DNA of 64,000 nt from Kineosporiaceae bacterium. GTDB taxonomy: Bacteria > Actinomycetota > Actinomycetes > Actinomycetales > Kineosporiaceae. The notes beneath the pieces are model-generated. The model was given only the letters and a program-made list of their open reading frames with translations. It had not been told where the DNA came from and ran no database searches. Made by a program: the position numbers and the translations under genes. Where the stretch lies: assembly GCA_046330955.1 (NCBI GenBank), contig JAXLRT010000023.1:17925-81924 (forward strand), given 5' to 3'. Below are positions 9,492 through 18,091 of this stretch, in pieces. Within the stretch, counting starts at the first letter, position 1. Every line of letters begins with the position of its first letter.

Positions 9492-10413
9492 GCCCGGCGG
9501 CCACGATCCGATCGATGATCAGCTGCGCCACCGCGGGCGCGCGCAGGCCGCTGACGACCCTCACCGTTCCCCCGGCGTCGGGCCGAAAGCTGGTGCGGCC
9601 GGGTTCGTCGGACGCGTCGACCGCCGGGTGGACGGTGACCCGCCCCGGCGGGGTGAGGTCGAACAGATCCGGCCGCAGCACACTCAGGACGGTGACCGGG
9701 TCGTGTGGCACGTTCCACTCCGTCTGCCAGAACGCCCACCATTGCTCGATGTCGCGCGCCAGCGCGTACCCCAGGGGTCCGGCCGCAGCCAGGCGGGCGA
9801 GCTCGGCCGCGGCGATCTGCACCTGACGGGTGCACTCCAGACCGGTGATCACGATCGGGATCCCCGAGTCGAACACGATCCGTGCGGCGTGGTCGTCGCT
9901 GCGGATGTTGTGCTCGGGCGGCGCCCCTGGGTCGAAGGCGCCACCCATGATCCACAGCCCGGCGGCGTCCCGAACGAATCGTGGGTCGGTCCGGATCGCC
10001 TCGGCGATGTTGGTGAGCGGGCCGATCGCGATCACGTGCACCTGCCCCGGGAGCGCGGTCACCGTCTCGATCAGGAAGGCGACGCCGTCGCGCGAGGCGA
10101 CCGGTTCGTCGTCCAGCTGGTCGTGCAGCGAGCCCTCGTGCCCGGCCCACCACACCTCGCGGCCGGACGCCGGGGTGGTGAGCCCGGCGTGGACGCTCAG
10201 GCGCCGTCCGGCCAGGGCCGCGTACCGGCTCGTGAGCCGAGCCCGCAACAGGGTGTCGCCGTAGACGGTGCTCACCCCGAGCAGGTCGACCTCGTCGCTG
10301 CCGAGCAGGACGGCGAGCGCCATGGCGTCGTCCACGTCGCTGCCGATGTCGGTGTCGAGTACGACCGAGAGCCGCTTCGGCGGCTGGTCCACGGATCGCT
10401 GGTCTGTGCCCAC
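9481..10413 (-). CDS. Nucleoside hydrolase (inosine/uridine-preferring family)
   Basis: The N-terminal VVLDTDIGSDVDDAMALAVLL matches the DxDxxxDD signature. Confidence 0.9.
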   Translation of the reverse strand: MGTDQRSVDQPPKRLSVVLDTDIGSDVDDAMALAVLLGSDEVDLLGVSTVYGDTLLRARLTSRYAALAGRRLSVHAGLTTPASGREVWWAGHEGSLHDQLDDEPVASRDGVAFLIETVTALPGQVHVIAIGPLTNIAEAIRTDPRFVRDAAGLWIMGGAFDPGAPPEHNIRSDDHAARIVFDSGIPIVITGLECTRQVQIAAAELARLAAAGPLGYALARDIEQWWAFWQTEWNVPHDPVTVLSVLRPDLFDLTPPGRVTVHPAVDASDEPGRTSFRPDAGGTVRVVSGLRAPAVAQLIIDRIVAAGLSG

Positions 10414-10423
10414 GACGGGCTCC

Positions 10424-11290
10424 TCACTTGATGCCGGTGGTGGTCACGGACTGGATGAAATAGCGCTGGAACCCGACGATGATCACCAGCGGGATGGCGA
10501 CCAGGATCATCGAGCCGGCGAACATCAGGCCGTAGTCGACGTTGAACTGGCCCTGCAGGTTCGACAGCGCCACCGGCCCCACGATGTGCGCGCTGTCGGT
10601 GCCCATCAGCAGCGGCCAGACGTAGGCCTGCCACTGGAACAGGAACAGGATCAGCCCCGCCCCGATCAGGGCGGGTCGGGCCAGCGGCAGGTAGATCCGG
10701 CTGAACAGCCCCCACCAGCCGAGTCCGTCGATCCGCCCGGCGTCCACCAGCTCGGTGGGGATCGAGGCGAAGAACTGGCGCAACAGGAAGACGGCCATGC
10801 CGTTGCCCAGCCCGGGCAACACCAGCCCGGTGAAGGTGTTCTGCAACGAGGCCGTACGGAACAGGTCGGCCAACGGGATCGCGATGGCGTCGAACGGGAT
10901 CAGGAAGCTCAGGATGACCACCGAGAACACCAGGCCCTGACCGCGAAACGTGATGGCCGACAGGGCGAATGCGGCGGTCGAACAGATCACCAGGCCGACC
11001 ACGACAGTGATGCCGCTGATGATCAGCGAGTTGACGATGCCGCGCCCGAGGTCGGTGCCGCCCAGCGCGCTGTAGTTACGGATATCGGGCGTGAACGTCA
11101 CGAAGGTTCGCCACGACAGCGGGGAGATGTACCGGAAAGTGTCCGATCCCGGTCGCAGCGAGGTGGTCACGGCCCACAGCAACGGCAGCGCGACCAGCGC
11201 CCCGACGCCGGCTCCCAACAGCGTAGGCAGGGCGCGCGCCGTCCGATCATGCGCCGTCCGGTCACGCCTGATCGGATCACGGGCGGTCAC
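10424..11290 (-). CDS. Carbohydrate ABC transporter permease (CUT1 family, second permease)
   Basis: The C-terminal part of track ORF 10424..11848 is a multi-TM protein with an EAA-like loop (AGRIDGLGWWGLFSRIYLPLARPAL). The start GTG 11290 overlaps the upstream stop (GTGA). Confidence 0.88.
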   Translation of the reverse strand: MTARDPIRRDRTAHDRTARALPTLLGAGVGALVALPLLWAVTTSLRPGSDTFRYISPLSWRTFVTFTPDIRNYSALGGTDLGRGIVNSLIISGITVVVGLVICSTAAFALSAITFRGQGLVFSVVILSFLIPFDAIAIPLADLFRTASLQNTFTGLVLPGLGNGMAVFLLRQFFASIPTELVDAGRIDGLGWWGLFSRIYLPLARPALIGAGLILFLFQWQAYVWPLLMGTDSAHIVGPVALSNLQGQFNVDYGLMFAGSMILVAIPLVIIVGFQRYFIQSVTTTGIK

Positions 11291-12159
11291 GACTCGCTCC
11301 TGAGCATCCGGAACTGGACGGCGACCACGGCCAGGGTCAGCAGCACCAGGATCACCACCTCGGCCTGTGCCCGGTGCAGATCGCCCAGGGTGTAGGCCCG
11401 CGAGTAGATGTCGTACATCAGCAGGTTGGTCGAGCCCTCCGGCCCGCCCTTGGTCAGCAACTGCACGGGGGCGAACACCAGGAAGTTCGAGACGGTGTCC
11501 GCGACCAGCACGAAGGCCAGTGGCCGCCGCAGCAAGGGCAAGGTGATCGAGAAGAACTGCCGGACGCCGCCCGCGCCGTCGAGTTGGGCGGCCTCGTACA
11601 GGTCGGTGGGGATCTCGTTGATACCGGCGATCAGGAAGAGCATCCAGTAACCGACCCCGATCCAGCTCAGCAACACGATGATCGAGCCGAGGGCCTGATC
11701 GGGGGAGGTCAGGAACGGCTGGCGCGCCAGGCCCAGGCTGGCGGCGACCGCGTTGGCCAGCCCGTCGTCCGGGCGCAGGATCACGTTCCACACCACCGCC
11801 GAGACCACCGGTGGTGCCGCGATCGGCAGGATCACCAGCGAGCGCCACAGCCGCGCCCCGGCCACGGCGCGGCGGGTGTAGAGCACGGCGAGCACCGTGG
11901 CCAGGGCGACCTGCAGCGGGTTGACGATCAGGGTGAAGGCCAACGTGACCGCCACCGACTGGCGGAAGTCGGGGTTGGCCAGCAGCTGCTGGTAGTTCTC
12001 CAGCCCGACGAATCGTGAGGTGCCCGAGGCCAGTGAGGTGCGGTAGAGGCTGTCCTTCAGGGCGCTCGCAGCCGGGAGCAGGCGCAGCATCGTCAGAGCC
12101 ACGAGCGCCGGGGCCAGGAACAGTGCCGCGGCGAGCCCCCGGCTGCGAGCGGGGGTCAT
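11287..12159 (-). CDS. Carbohydrate ABC transporter permease (CUT1 family, first permease)
   Basis: 290 aa with the EAA loop EAAQLDGAGGVRQFFSITLPLLRRPL. It is translationally coupled to both neighbours. Confidence 0.9.
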   Translation of the reverse strand: MTPARSRGLAAALFLAPALVALTMLRLLPAASALKDSLYRTSLASGTSRFVGLENYQQLLANPDFRQSVAVTLAFTLIVNPLQVALATVLAVLYTRRAVAGARLWRSLVILPIAAPPVVSAVVWNVILRPDDGLANAVAASLGLARQPFLTSPDQALGSIIVLLSWIGVGYWMLFLIAGINEIPTDLYEAAQLDGAGGVRQFFSITLPLLRRPLAFVLVADTVSNFLVFAPVQLLTKGGPEGSTNLLMYDIYSRAYTLGDLHRAQAEVVILVLLTLAVVAVQFRMLRSES

Positions 12160-13484
12160 CGCAGCGGCTTCCAGGCCTCGTCGAGCTGGGTGGCAGCCTG
12201 CTTCAGTCGGGCCACCGGCTCGGAGCCGTTACGGATGTCGGCGAAGGCCTTGTGCAGCACCTCTTCGAACTGCACGTACCCGACGGACGTCGGCCGGGCC
12301 ACGGCGGTCTGGGCGACCTCGTGCTCGATCAGGGCCGCCACCCCGGCGCTCTTGGCACCGGCCAGCGCCTCCAGCTTGGGCAGGTACTGCTTGGCTGCCT
12401 CGGTGTTGGCCGGGATGATCGTCTGGGCCTCGGTGCTGGCCAGGTTGCCCGCGGCGTCCAGGGCGGCGAACTCGATCAGGGCGCGGGCGGCGTCCTTGTT
12501 CTTCGAGGCGGGGTTGATGCCCCACGACCACGAGCCGGTCGGGGTGACCTGCTTGCCCCCGGCGAAGTACGGCATCGGGGCGATGGACCAGTCGATCTTC
12601 GACTTCGCGAAGCCACCGACGTCCCACGGGCCACCGACGAAGAAGGCCAGCTTGCCGTCGTTGAACAGCGGGCTGGTCTCGAAGCTGCCCACCCCGCGCG
12701 GCGACAGCTTGTCGGAGAACAGCTTCCCGTACCACTGCATGGCCTTGTTCCAGCCGTCGGTGGTGACCGCCGGGGTCAACGCGTCGTCGCCGGTGATGCC
12801 CGTGCCGCCGTCGAGCGAGGCCATCAGGGGCTGCAATTGGTAGTAGTACTCGGTCTGTTCCAGCAGCAGGCCCCACTGGGTACCGGCGGCCTGGGCCTTC
12901 TTGGCCGCCTCGACGGTCTGCTCCCAGGTCCAGCGCTGAGCCGGGTCGGTCGAAGGCGGGGTGATGCCGGCCTTGGCCAGGGCGGTCTTGTTCACGAACA
13001 TCAGCTGGGTGGAGTTCCAGATCGGCAGCGCCCAGAGCTTGTCGCGGAACAGGTTCACCTCGTACTGCGCCGGCGAGGTGGCGGCCTTGGTCTTGTCCTT
13101 CAGGTCCGACAGGTCCTCGAGGAAGCCCTTGGCGGCCAGTTGGGCCACGCGGGGCTGGTCGACCGTGTAGACGTCGACGGTCGTGTCCTTGGCGCCGACG
13201 CGGGACTCGATGGTGCTGTTGAGCTGGTCGAACGGCACCTGGGTGTATTTGACGGTGTAGGTGGGGTACTTGGCCTCGAACGCGGTGATGAGCGGGGCGA
13301 AGGTCTTCGGGTCCTCCGGCCCGAGCAGGCCGATGGTGGCCGGCGCGGCGGGTCCCGACGAGGCCGGCGCGGCCGAGGTCGAGCCGGACGGCGTGGTTCC
13401 GCCGCCGGAGCAGGCGGTCGAGGTGAGGAGCAGAGCGGCGGCAACCAGAGTGGTGCCCGCCCGGGCCATGCTTCGTGGGCTCAT
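12156..13484 (-). CDS. ABC transporter extracellular solute-binding lipoprotein (sugar-binding family 1)
   Basis: Lipobox LLLTSTAC follows MSPRSMARAGTTLVAAA. The start is ATG 13484, 9 nt after AAAGG. Confidence 0.88.
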   Translation of the reverse strand: MSPRSMARAGTTLVAAALLLTSTACSGGGTTPSGSTSAAPASSGPAAPATIGLLGPEDPKTFAPLITAFEAKYPTYTVKYTQVPFDQLNSTIESRVGAKDTTVDVYTVDQPRVAQLAAKGFLEDLSDLKDKTKAATSPAQYEVNLFRDKLWALPIWNSTQLMFVNKTALAKAGITPPSTDPAQRWTWEQTVEAAKKAQAAGTQWGLLLEQTEYYYQLQPLMASLDGGTGITGDDALTPAVTTDGWNKAMQWYGKLFSDKLSPRGVGSFETSPLFNDGKLAFFVGGPWDVGGFAKSKIDWSIAPMPYFAGGKQVTPTGSWSWGINPASKNKDAARALIEFAALDAAGNLASTEAQTIIPANTEAAKQYLPKLEALAGAKSAGVAALIEHEVAQTAVARPTSVGYVQFEEVLHKAFADIRNGSEPVARLKQAATQLDEAWKPLR

Positions 13485-13589
13485 GAGCCATTGCCTTTCG
13501 TGATGGCTGCAGATCGTGACCATGTCTGACGTGATGTCCCGTTTGGTGGGCTGCAGCGCGGGGGTCGACCCTGCGGGAGGAGCTAGGAA

Positions 13590-13616
13590 TCTAAGCGCTT
13601 AGACTAAGCGCTTAGA
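13590..13616. promoter_or_regulatory. Two tandem LacI-type palindromic operators (CTAAGCGCTTAG x2)
   Basis: Read directly from the sequence as aaTCTAAGCGCTTAGActAAGCGCTTAGAtt. The perfect 12-bp palindromes are at 13591-13602 and 13604-13615, between the divergent lacI-family gene and the ABC operon. Confidence 0.75.
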
Positions 13617-13706
13617 TTGTAGGATTGCAACGACCGTTACCGAACCGAGACAGCCTCGGTGCCCAGCACATGGTGAGGCCGGGACAGTCCGGGGGAGAGT
13701 GGGAAC

Positions 13707-14711
13707 GTGGCCACAGCACGCGACGTCGCGCGACTCGCCGGTACCTCGACAGCAGTTGTCTCCTACGTCTTCAACGACGGCCCGCGTCCGGTGGCTGCCG
13801 CCACGCGGGAGCGGGTGCTGGCGGCCGCCGCCGAGCTCGGCTACCTGCCGAATGCGCTGGCCCGCTCATTGAGTGCGGGCCGAACCCACTCGCTCGGCCT
13901 GATCGTCCCGGACATCTGCAACCCCTACTTCGCCGAACTTGCCCGGGCCATCGAGGACGTCGCGGCGGCCTCCGGCAATCTGTTGCTCATCGCCGACTCG
14001 GCCCTGTCACCCGAGCAGGAGGCGCGCCATCGGCGTTCGCTCATCGAGCGGCAGGTGGACGGCGCGGTGGTGATCTCGGTGAGCGACACCCCCGACTTCG
14101 CCGAGTTCGTGGCCGCGTCGACCCCGGTGGTGGTGCTGCACCCGATCGCGGCGCGGCAGGCGGCGTCCTCGTTGACCATCGACTTCGTGCGAGCAGCCGA
14201 GTACGCCACCCGGCATCTGCTCGAGCACGGCTACGACAGCCTCGCGTTGCTCATCGGCCCGACCGACTCGGTGGGCGCGGGGGAGCACCGGGTGGGCTTC
14301 CGTCGGGCTCTGGGTGCCCACCCACAGGTGAGCGCCGCCGAGTGGCGATCGCCGATCTCGCGGTTCGCCGCCGCGCAGGAGGCGCAACGGCAGCTGTCGG
14401 CGGCCACGCGCCCGCGGGCGATCTACTGCTCGACCGATGAGCAGGCGTTCGGAGTGTTGTTCGCTGCGCACTGCCTGGGGCTGCGGGTGCCCGAGGATCT
14501 GGCCGTGGTGGGCTTCGACGGTACCGAGAACTGCCAGGTCTCGATTCCGGCACTCACCACGGTGCACCAGCCGCGGCGCGCCTATGCCGAGCGAGCTGTG
14601 CAGCTCCTGGTGGAACACCAGCCCGGTGATGACCCGGTGCACGAGATGCTCGAGTGGGAATTCGTCATTCGCCACTCGTGCGGCTGCCCAACTGCTGTGT
14701 CAGGGACCTAG
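13707..14711 (+). CDS. LacI family transcriptional regulator
   Basis: N-terminal HTH ATARDVARLAGTSTAVVSYVFN followed by a periplasmic-binding-protein-like core. Confidence 0.92.
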   Translation: MATARDVARLAGTSTAVVSYVFNDGPRPVAAATRERVLAAAAELGYLPNALARSLSAGRTHSLGLIVPDICNPYFAELARAIEDVAAASGNLLLIADSALSPEQEARHRRSLIERQVDGAVVISVSDTPDFAEFVAASTPVVVLHPIAARQAASSLTIDFVRAAEYATRHLLEHGYDSLALLIGPTDSVGAGEHRVGFRRALGAHPQVSAAEWRSPISRFAAAQEAQRQLSAATRPRAIYCSTDEQAFGVLFAAHCLGLRVPEDLAVVGFDGTENCQVSIPALTTVHQPRRAYAERAVQLLVEHQPGDDPVHEMLEWEFVIRHSCGCPTAVSGT

Positions 14712-14744
14712 CCTGGGCGGAATGTGACGGCGCGAGGAGGGGCC

Positions 14745-15140
14745 ATGCCGATGCCGCTGGGGATCACATGGTTCAACCGACGATTCCTCAACCCGGTGAT
14801 GCTGAAGCTCGTCGGGCTGGCGTCGCTGGTCGACCTCGAACACGTGGGTCGGGTGTCGGGCAGGGTGCTGCACACCCCGCTGATGGCCTTCCGGGACGGC
14901 GACGAGGTCACCGTGGCGCTGACCTACGGCTCCGAGGTGCAGTGGTTGAAGAACGTGCGGGCGGCGGGCGGGGCGCGGATGCGTTTCGGGCGGGACGTCG
15001 TCCAGCTGGGACCGCCTCGCGTGCTGGATGCCGAGACCGGTCTGGCGAGGGTGTCTCAGCCGCAGCGGAGTCTGCTGCGCTGGCCGATCCAGTGCCACGA
15101 GTTCGTCGCGCTGCCGGTGCTGCCGGACGATCCACGATGA
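14745..15140 (+). CDS. Deazaflavin (F420)-dependent nitroreductase family protein (DDN/DUF385-like)
   Basis: The segment EHVGRVSGRVLHTPLMAF...VALTYGSEVQWLKNVRAAG is typical of this family. The start is taken at ATG 14745 after GAGGAGG. The track ORF starts at GTG 14724. Confidence 0.7.
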   Translation: MPMPLGITWFNRRFLNPVMLKLVGLASLVDLEHVGRVSGRVLHTPLMAFRDGDEVTVALTYGSEVQWLKNVRAAGGARMRFGRDVVQLGPPRVLDAETGLARVSQPQRSLLRWPIQCHEFVALPVLPDDPR

Positions 15141-15697
15141 CTCCGGCCGATTCCGGGGGGCAGGTCGAGACGCCGGAGCCGGTCCGGGAATCGGCTCTGC
15201 TGGTGGTGATCGGCGAGGCGGAGCGGGCTGTCGGCCCGCTGCGGGCCCGGCTGGACGACGCCGCCGGGCTGCAGATTCCCGCGCACGTCACCGTGTTGTG
15301 GCCGTTCTTGCCGGCAGACGCGATCGACCAGCCGGTTCTGGATCGCCTCGCGGGGATCTTCGCGGATTGCGCGTCCTTCGACGTGCGCTTCGAGCGCACG
15401 GCGTGGTTCGGCGACACGGTGCTCTGGCTCGCCCCGCAGCCTCGAGAGCCATTCGTCGAGCTGACGCGAGCCGTGTGGGACGCCTACCCGCAGTGCCCGC
15501 CCTACCGCGGTCGTCACGCGGGGGAGCACCCCCACCTGACCATCGGGGATCGCCGGCCGCTGGCGGAGCTGGTGCAGGCCGAGCGAACGGTGATGCCACT
15601 GCTCCCGATCTCGGCGCGGGTCGAACAGGTGACCTTGATGACGCAGGAGGCCACGCAGGGCAGCTGGGCGGTGAGGACCACCTTCCCGTTGGGGTGA
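15137..15697 (+). CDS. 2H phosphoesterase superfamily protein (LigT / 2'-5' RNA ligase-like)
   Basis: Two HxT motifs are present: HVTVLWPF and HPHLTIGD. The start ATG 15137 overlaps the upstream stop (ATGA). Confidence 0.75.
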   Translation: MTPADSGGQVETPEPVRESALLVVIGEAERAVGPLRARLDDAAGLQIPAHVTVLWPFLPADAIDQPVLDRLAGIFADCASFDVRFERTAWFGDTVLWLAPQPREPFVELTRAVWDAYPQCPPYRGRHAGEHPHLTIGDRRPLAELVQAERTVMPLLPISARVEQVTLMTQEATQGSWAVRTTFPLG

Positions 15698-15709
15698 AGA
15701 ATCGCCCTC

Positions 15710-16512
15710 ATGATGATTCGACCCGCCACCCTCGCGGCGATCGCACGCGGCGAGGTGGACCTGGCCTTTCGGCGGTGGGACCGGCCGCGGGTGGTGGTCG
15801 GCACCCGGATGCGCACCGCGGTCGGCGTCCTCGAGGTGACCTCGGTCGACCGGGTCGCGCCGAGCCGGATCACGGCCGCCGAGGCGCGACGCGCGGGTGA
15901 GGCTTCACTGGCGGCGTTGCGAAAAGCCTTGGAGGCCAAGGCGGATCGGCAGGTCTTCCGGGTGGGGTTACGGTTCGGCGGTGAGGATCCGCGCGCGCGG
16001 CGCTGCGCCGCAGCGTGCCATCGGCCGAGGAGATCGCCGAGATCCGCCGGCGCCTCGACCGGTTGGACCGGGCCTCGGCCATCGGTCCGTGGACGGCGGC
16101 CACGCTGGCGGCGATCGATGCCTCGCCGGGGGTGCGGGCGCCGGACCTGGCGGCCGGCTTCGGGCGCGATACCCCCAGCTTCAAGCGCGACGTCCGCAAG
16201 TTGAAGGAGCTCGGGCTGACCGAGTCGCTCGACATCGGGTACCGGCTCTCGGCGCGCGGGATCGCCGTGGTGGACGGCGGCGGGCCGGCACGTGATCGGC
16301 CGGAGCCGCCGTCCGGCACCTCGCTGCCCCGGATCGGTGCCCCGGCGAGCCGCGCGCTGACCGCTGCCGGGTTCACGACGCTCGAGAGCCTGGACGGCGT
16401 GAAGGTGGCGGAGTTGCTCGCGCTGCACGGTGTCGGGCCGATCGCGATCGAGCGGCTGCGCCCGGCCTTGGCCGCCGCTCGGACTCGCCTTTGCGGGGGA
16501 GTGAGGGCGTAG
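15710..16512 (+). pseudogene. ASCH/PUA-like domain + winged-helix + helix-hairpin-helix protein, apparently split by one frameshift near 15990-16002
   Basis: Track ORFs 15710..16204 and 16015..16512 are in different frames. The reading ...RVGLRFGGEDPRA switches to ALRRSVPSAEEIAEIRRRLDRLD across the run ccgcgcgcgcggcgc. The total length of 803 nt is not a multiple of 3. Confidence 0.5.
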
Positions 16513-16528
16513 CTGGCACACTCGATCG

Positions 16529-17107
16529 ATGCGCGTGCCCGTCGTCCCGTATGACCCGGCGTGGGTCGAGGCGTTCGAGCGCATCCGTTCCGAGGTGCTC
16601 TCGGCGCTGGGTGAGGTCGCGGTCGATGCTGTCGAGCACGTGGGCAGCACGGCGGTGGTGGGATTGGTTGCCAAACCGGTGATCGATGTGGACGTCGTCG
16701 TCCCGGAGCATCAGGTCGAGGCGGCGATCGTGGCCCTGGGCGCCATCGGGTATCGGCATCGTGGTGAGCTGGGCATTCCCGACCGCCACGCGTTCAGGGC
16801 GCCCGCGGGTGGGCCGGCGCGGCATGTCTACGTTTGCGTCGCCGGGTCACTGGCGCTGCGCAACCACCTGGCGGTGCGGGACACCTTGCGCCGCGACGCT
16901 GGCTTGCGAGCCGAGTATGCCGCCGTGAAATGCGCTCTGGCAGAACGGGATCTCGACTCCATGGACGAGTACCTCGCCGGCAAGAACGCCGTCCTGCACA
17001 AGATCCTGGACGCTGCCGGGTTGGCGTCGGACGAGATCGGGGCGATTGCCGCGGTGAACCCGGCCGAGTGGGTCTGGAAGAGGCGGCAGGGTGACTATGC
17101 GACCTGA
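16529..17107 (+). CDS. GrpB family protein (UPF0157, nucleotidyltransferase-fold)
   Basis: VVPYDPAWVEAFERIRSEVLSALGEVAVDAVEHVGSTAVVGLVAKPVIDVDVVV is the characteristic GrpB N-terminal half. Confidence 0.85.
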   Translation: MRVPVVPYDPAWVEAFERIRSEVLSALGEVAVDAVEHVGSTAVVGLVAKPVIDVDVVVPEHQVEAAIVALGAIGYRHRGELGIPDRHAFRAPAGGPARHVYVCVAGSLALRNHLAVRDTLRRDAGLRAEYAAVKCALAERDLDSMDEYLAGKNAVLHKILDAAGLASDEIGAIAAVNPAEWVWKRRQGDYAT

Positions 17108-17505
17108 CCGAGGTCGTAGTTCAACGTGACGCGATGCGTCCCGGCGTCGATCACCAGGTCGATGGCGCCGGTGATGCCCGTCAGCTCAGCGGTTCCCGAG
17201 CCAGGCACCAGCTCGTACCGCAGCTCGTAGTCGCCCTGGTTCATGGTCCCGAACTGGTGCAGGGCCACCTGGCCAGGGCGCCCGTCGATGGTGCCGTCGA
17301 ACACCTCGAGGGCGACGTAGCCGGCGTTGCCGGTCTGCGGGTCACCCGCCGAGAGCATGACGCCGCGACTGCCGCCCTGCATGCCGCCCGACCAGGTCTT
17401 GGTGAAGTCGAACCGGCCGGTGGACTCGAGCAGGCCATCGCCGGGCACCAGGTCGATCGAGAACTCGGCGGTGGTCTGGTGGCTCGAGGCGCTCTCGGAG
17501 GTCAT
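17095..17505 (-). CDS. DUF3224 domain protein
   Basis: 136 aa. FTKTWSGGMQGGSRGVMLSAGDPQTGNAGYVALEVFDGTIDGRPG matches my recollection of DUF3224. Confidence 0.7.
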   Translation of the reverse strand: MTSESASSHQTTAEFSIDLVPGDGLLESTGRFDFTKTWSGGMQGGSRGVMLSAGDPQTGNAGYVALEVFDGTIDGRPGQVALHQFGTMNQGDYELRYELVPGSGTAELTGITGAIDLVIDAGTHRVTLNYDLGQVA

Positions 17506-17525
17506 GATCGAACCCTAACCGGCGT

Positions 17526-18026
17526 TCACAACCGCAGCTTGAACCCCTCGTGCGAGGCAGTGAATCCGAGGCCGGTGTAGAGCCGGTGGGAGTCGGTGCG
17601 GGACTTGTCGCTGGTGAGCTGTACCAACGCACATCCACGGTGACGCGCCTCGTCGATGGCCCACGAGAGCAGGGCGTTGCCGACGCCATGCCCGCGGAGC
17701 TGCTCGTGCACCCGCACGGCCTCGATCTGGGCGCGCAGGGCACCGCGACGAGCCAAGCCGGGGATCAGGGAGAGTTGCAGCGTCCCGATGATGCGACCTT
17801 CGTGTTCGGCCACCACCAGCGTCTCGCCGGCATCGGTGTCGATGGCCCGGAACGCCGTCAGGTAGCCCGCCTGATCGGCCTCGCTGCGGACGCCGTCGCG
17901 GTGGGTGCCGAGCTGGTCGGCGGCGATCAGGTCGACGATCGCCGGGACGTCGTCCGCCCGCGCCCGCCTCACGGTCGCCGCGAGGACGCCGACCGCGAAG
18001 CTGTGGGGGAGTGGCACGACCGCCAT
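17526..18026 (-). CDS. GNAT family N-acetyltransferase
   Basis: The acetyl-CoA motif VHEQLRGHGVGNALL is present. An alternative start is GTG 17972 (VRRARADDVPAIVDLI). Confidence 0.88.
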   Translation of the reverse strand: MAVVPLPHSFAVGVLAATVRRARADDVPAIVDLIAADQLGTHRDGVRSEADQAGYLTAFRAIDTDAGETLVVAEHEGRIIGTLQLSLIPGLARRGALRAQIEAVRVHEQLRGHGVGNALLSWAIDEARHRGCALVQLTSDKSRTDSHRLYTGLGFTASHEGFKLRL

Positions 18027-18047
18027 CGTCGTCGCTCGCGCCGTTAT

Positions 18048-18087
18048 CGGGTGCCAAACGCGGTCTATACACCGCGTTTGGCACCCG
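18048..18087. repeat. Perfect 17-bp inverted repeat with a 6-nt loop (strong hairpin)
   Basis: Read directly from the sequence as CGGGTGCCAAACGCGGT-ctatac-ACCGCGTTTGGCACCCG. It lies between two minus-strand genes. Confidence 0.8.
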
Positions 18088-18091
18088 CGAG

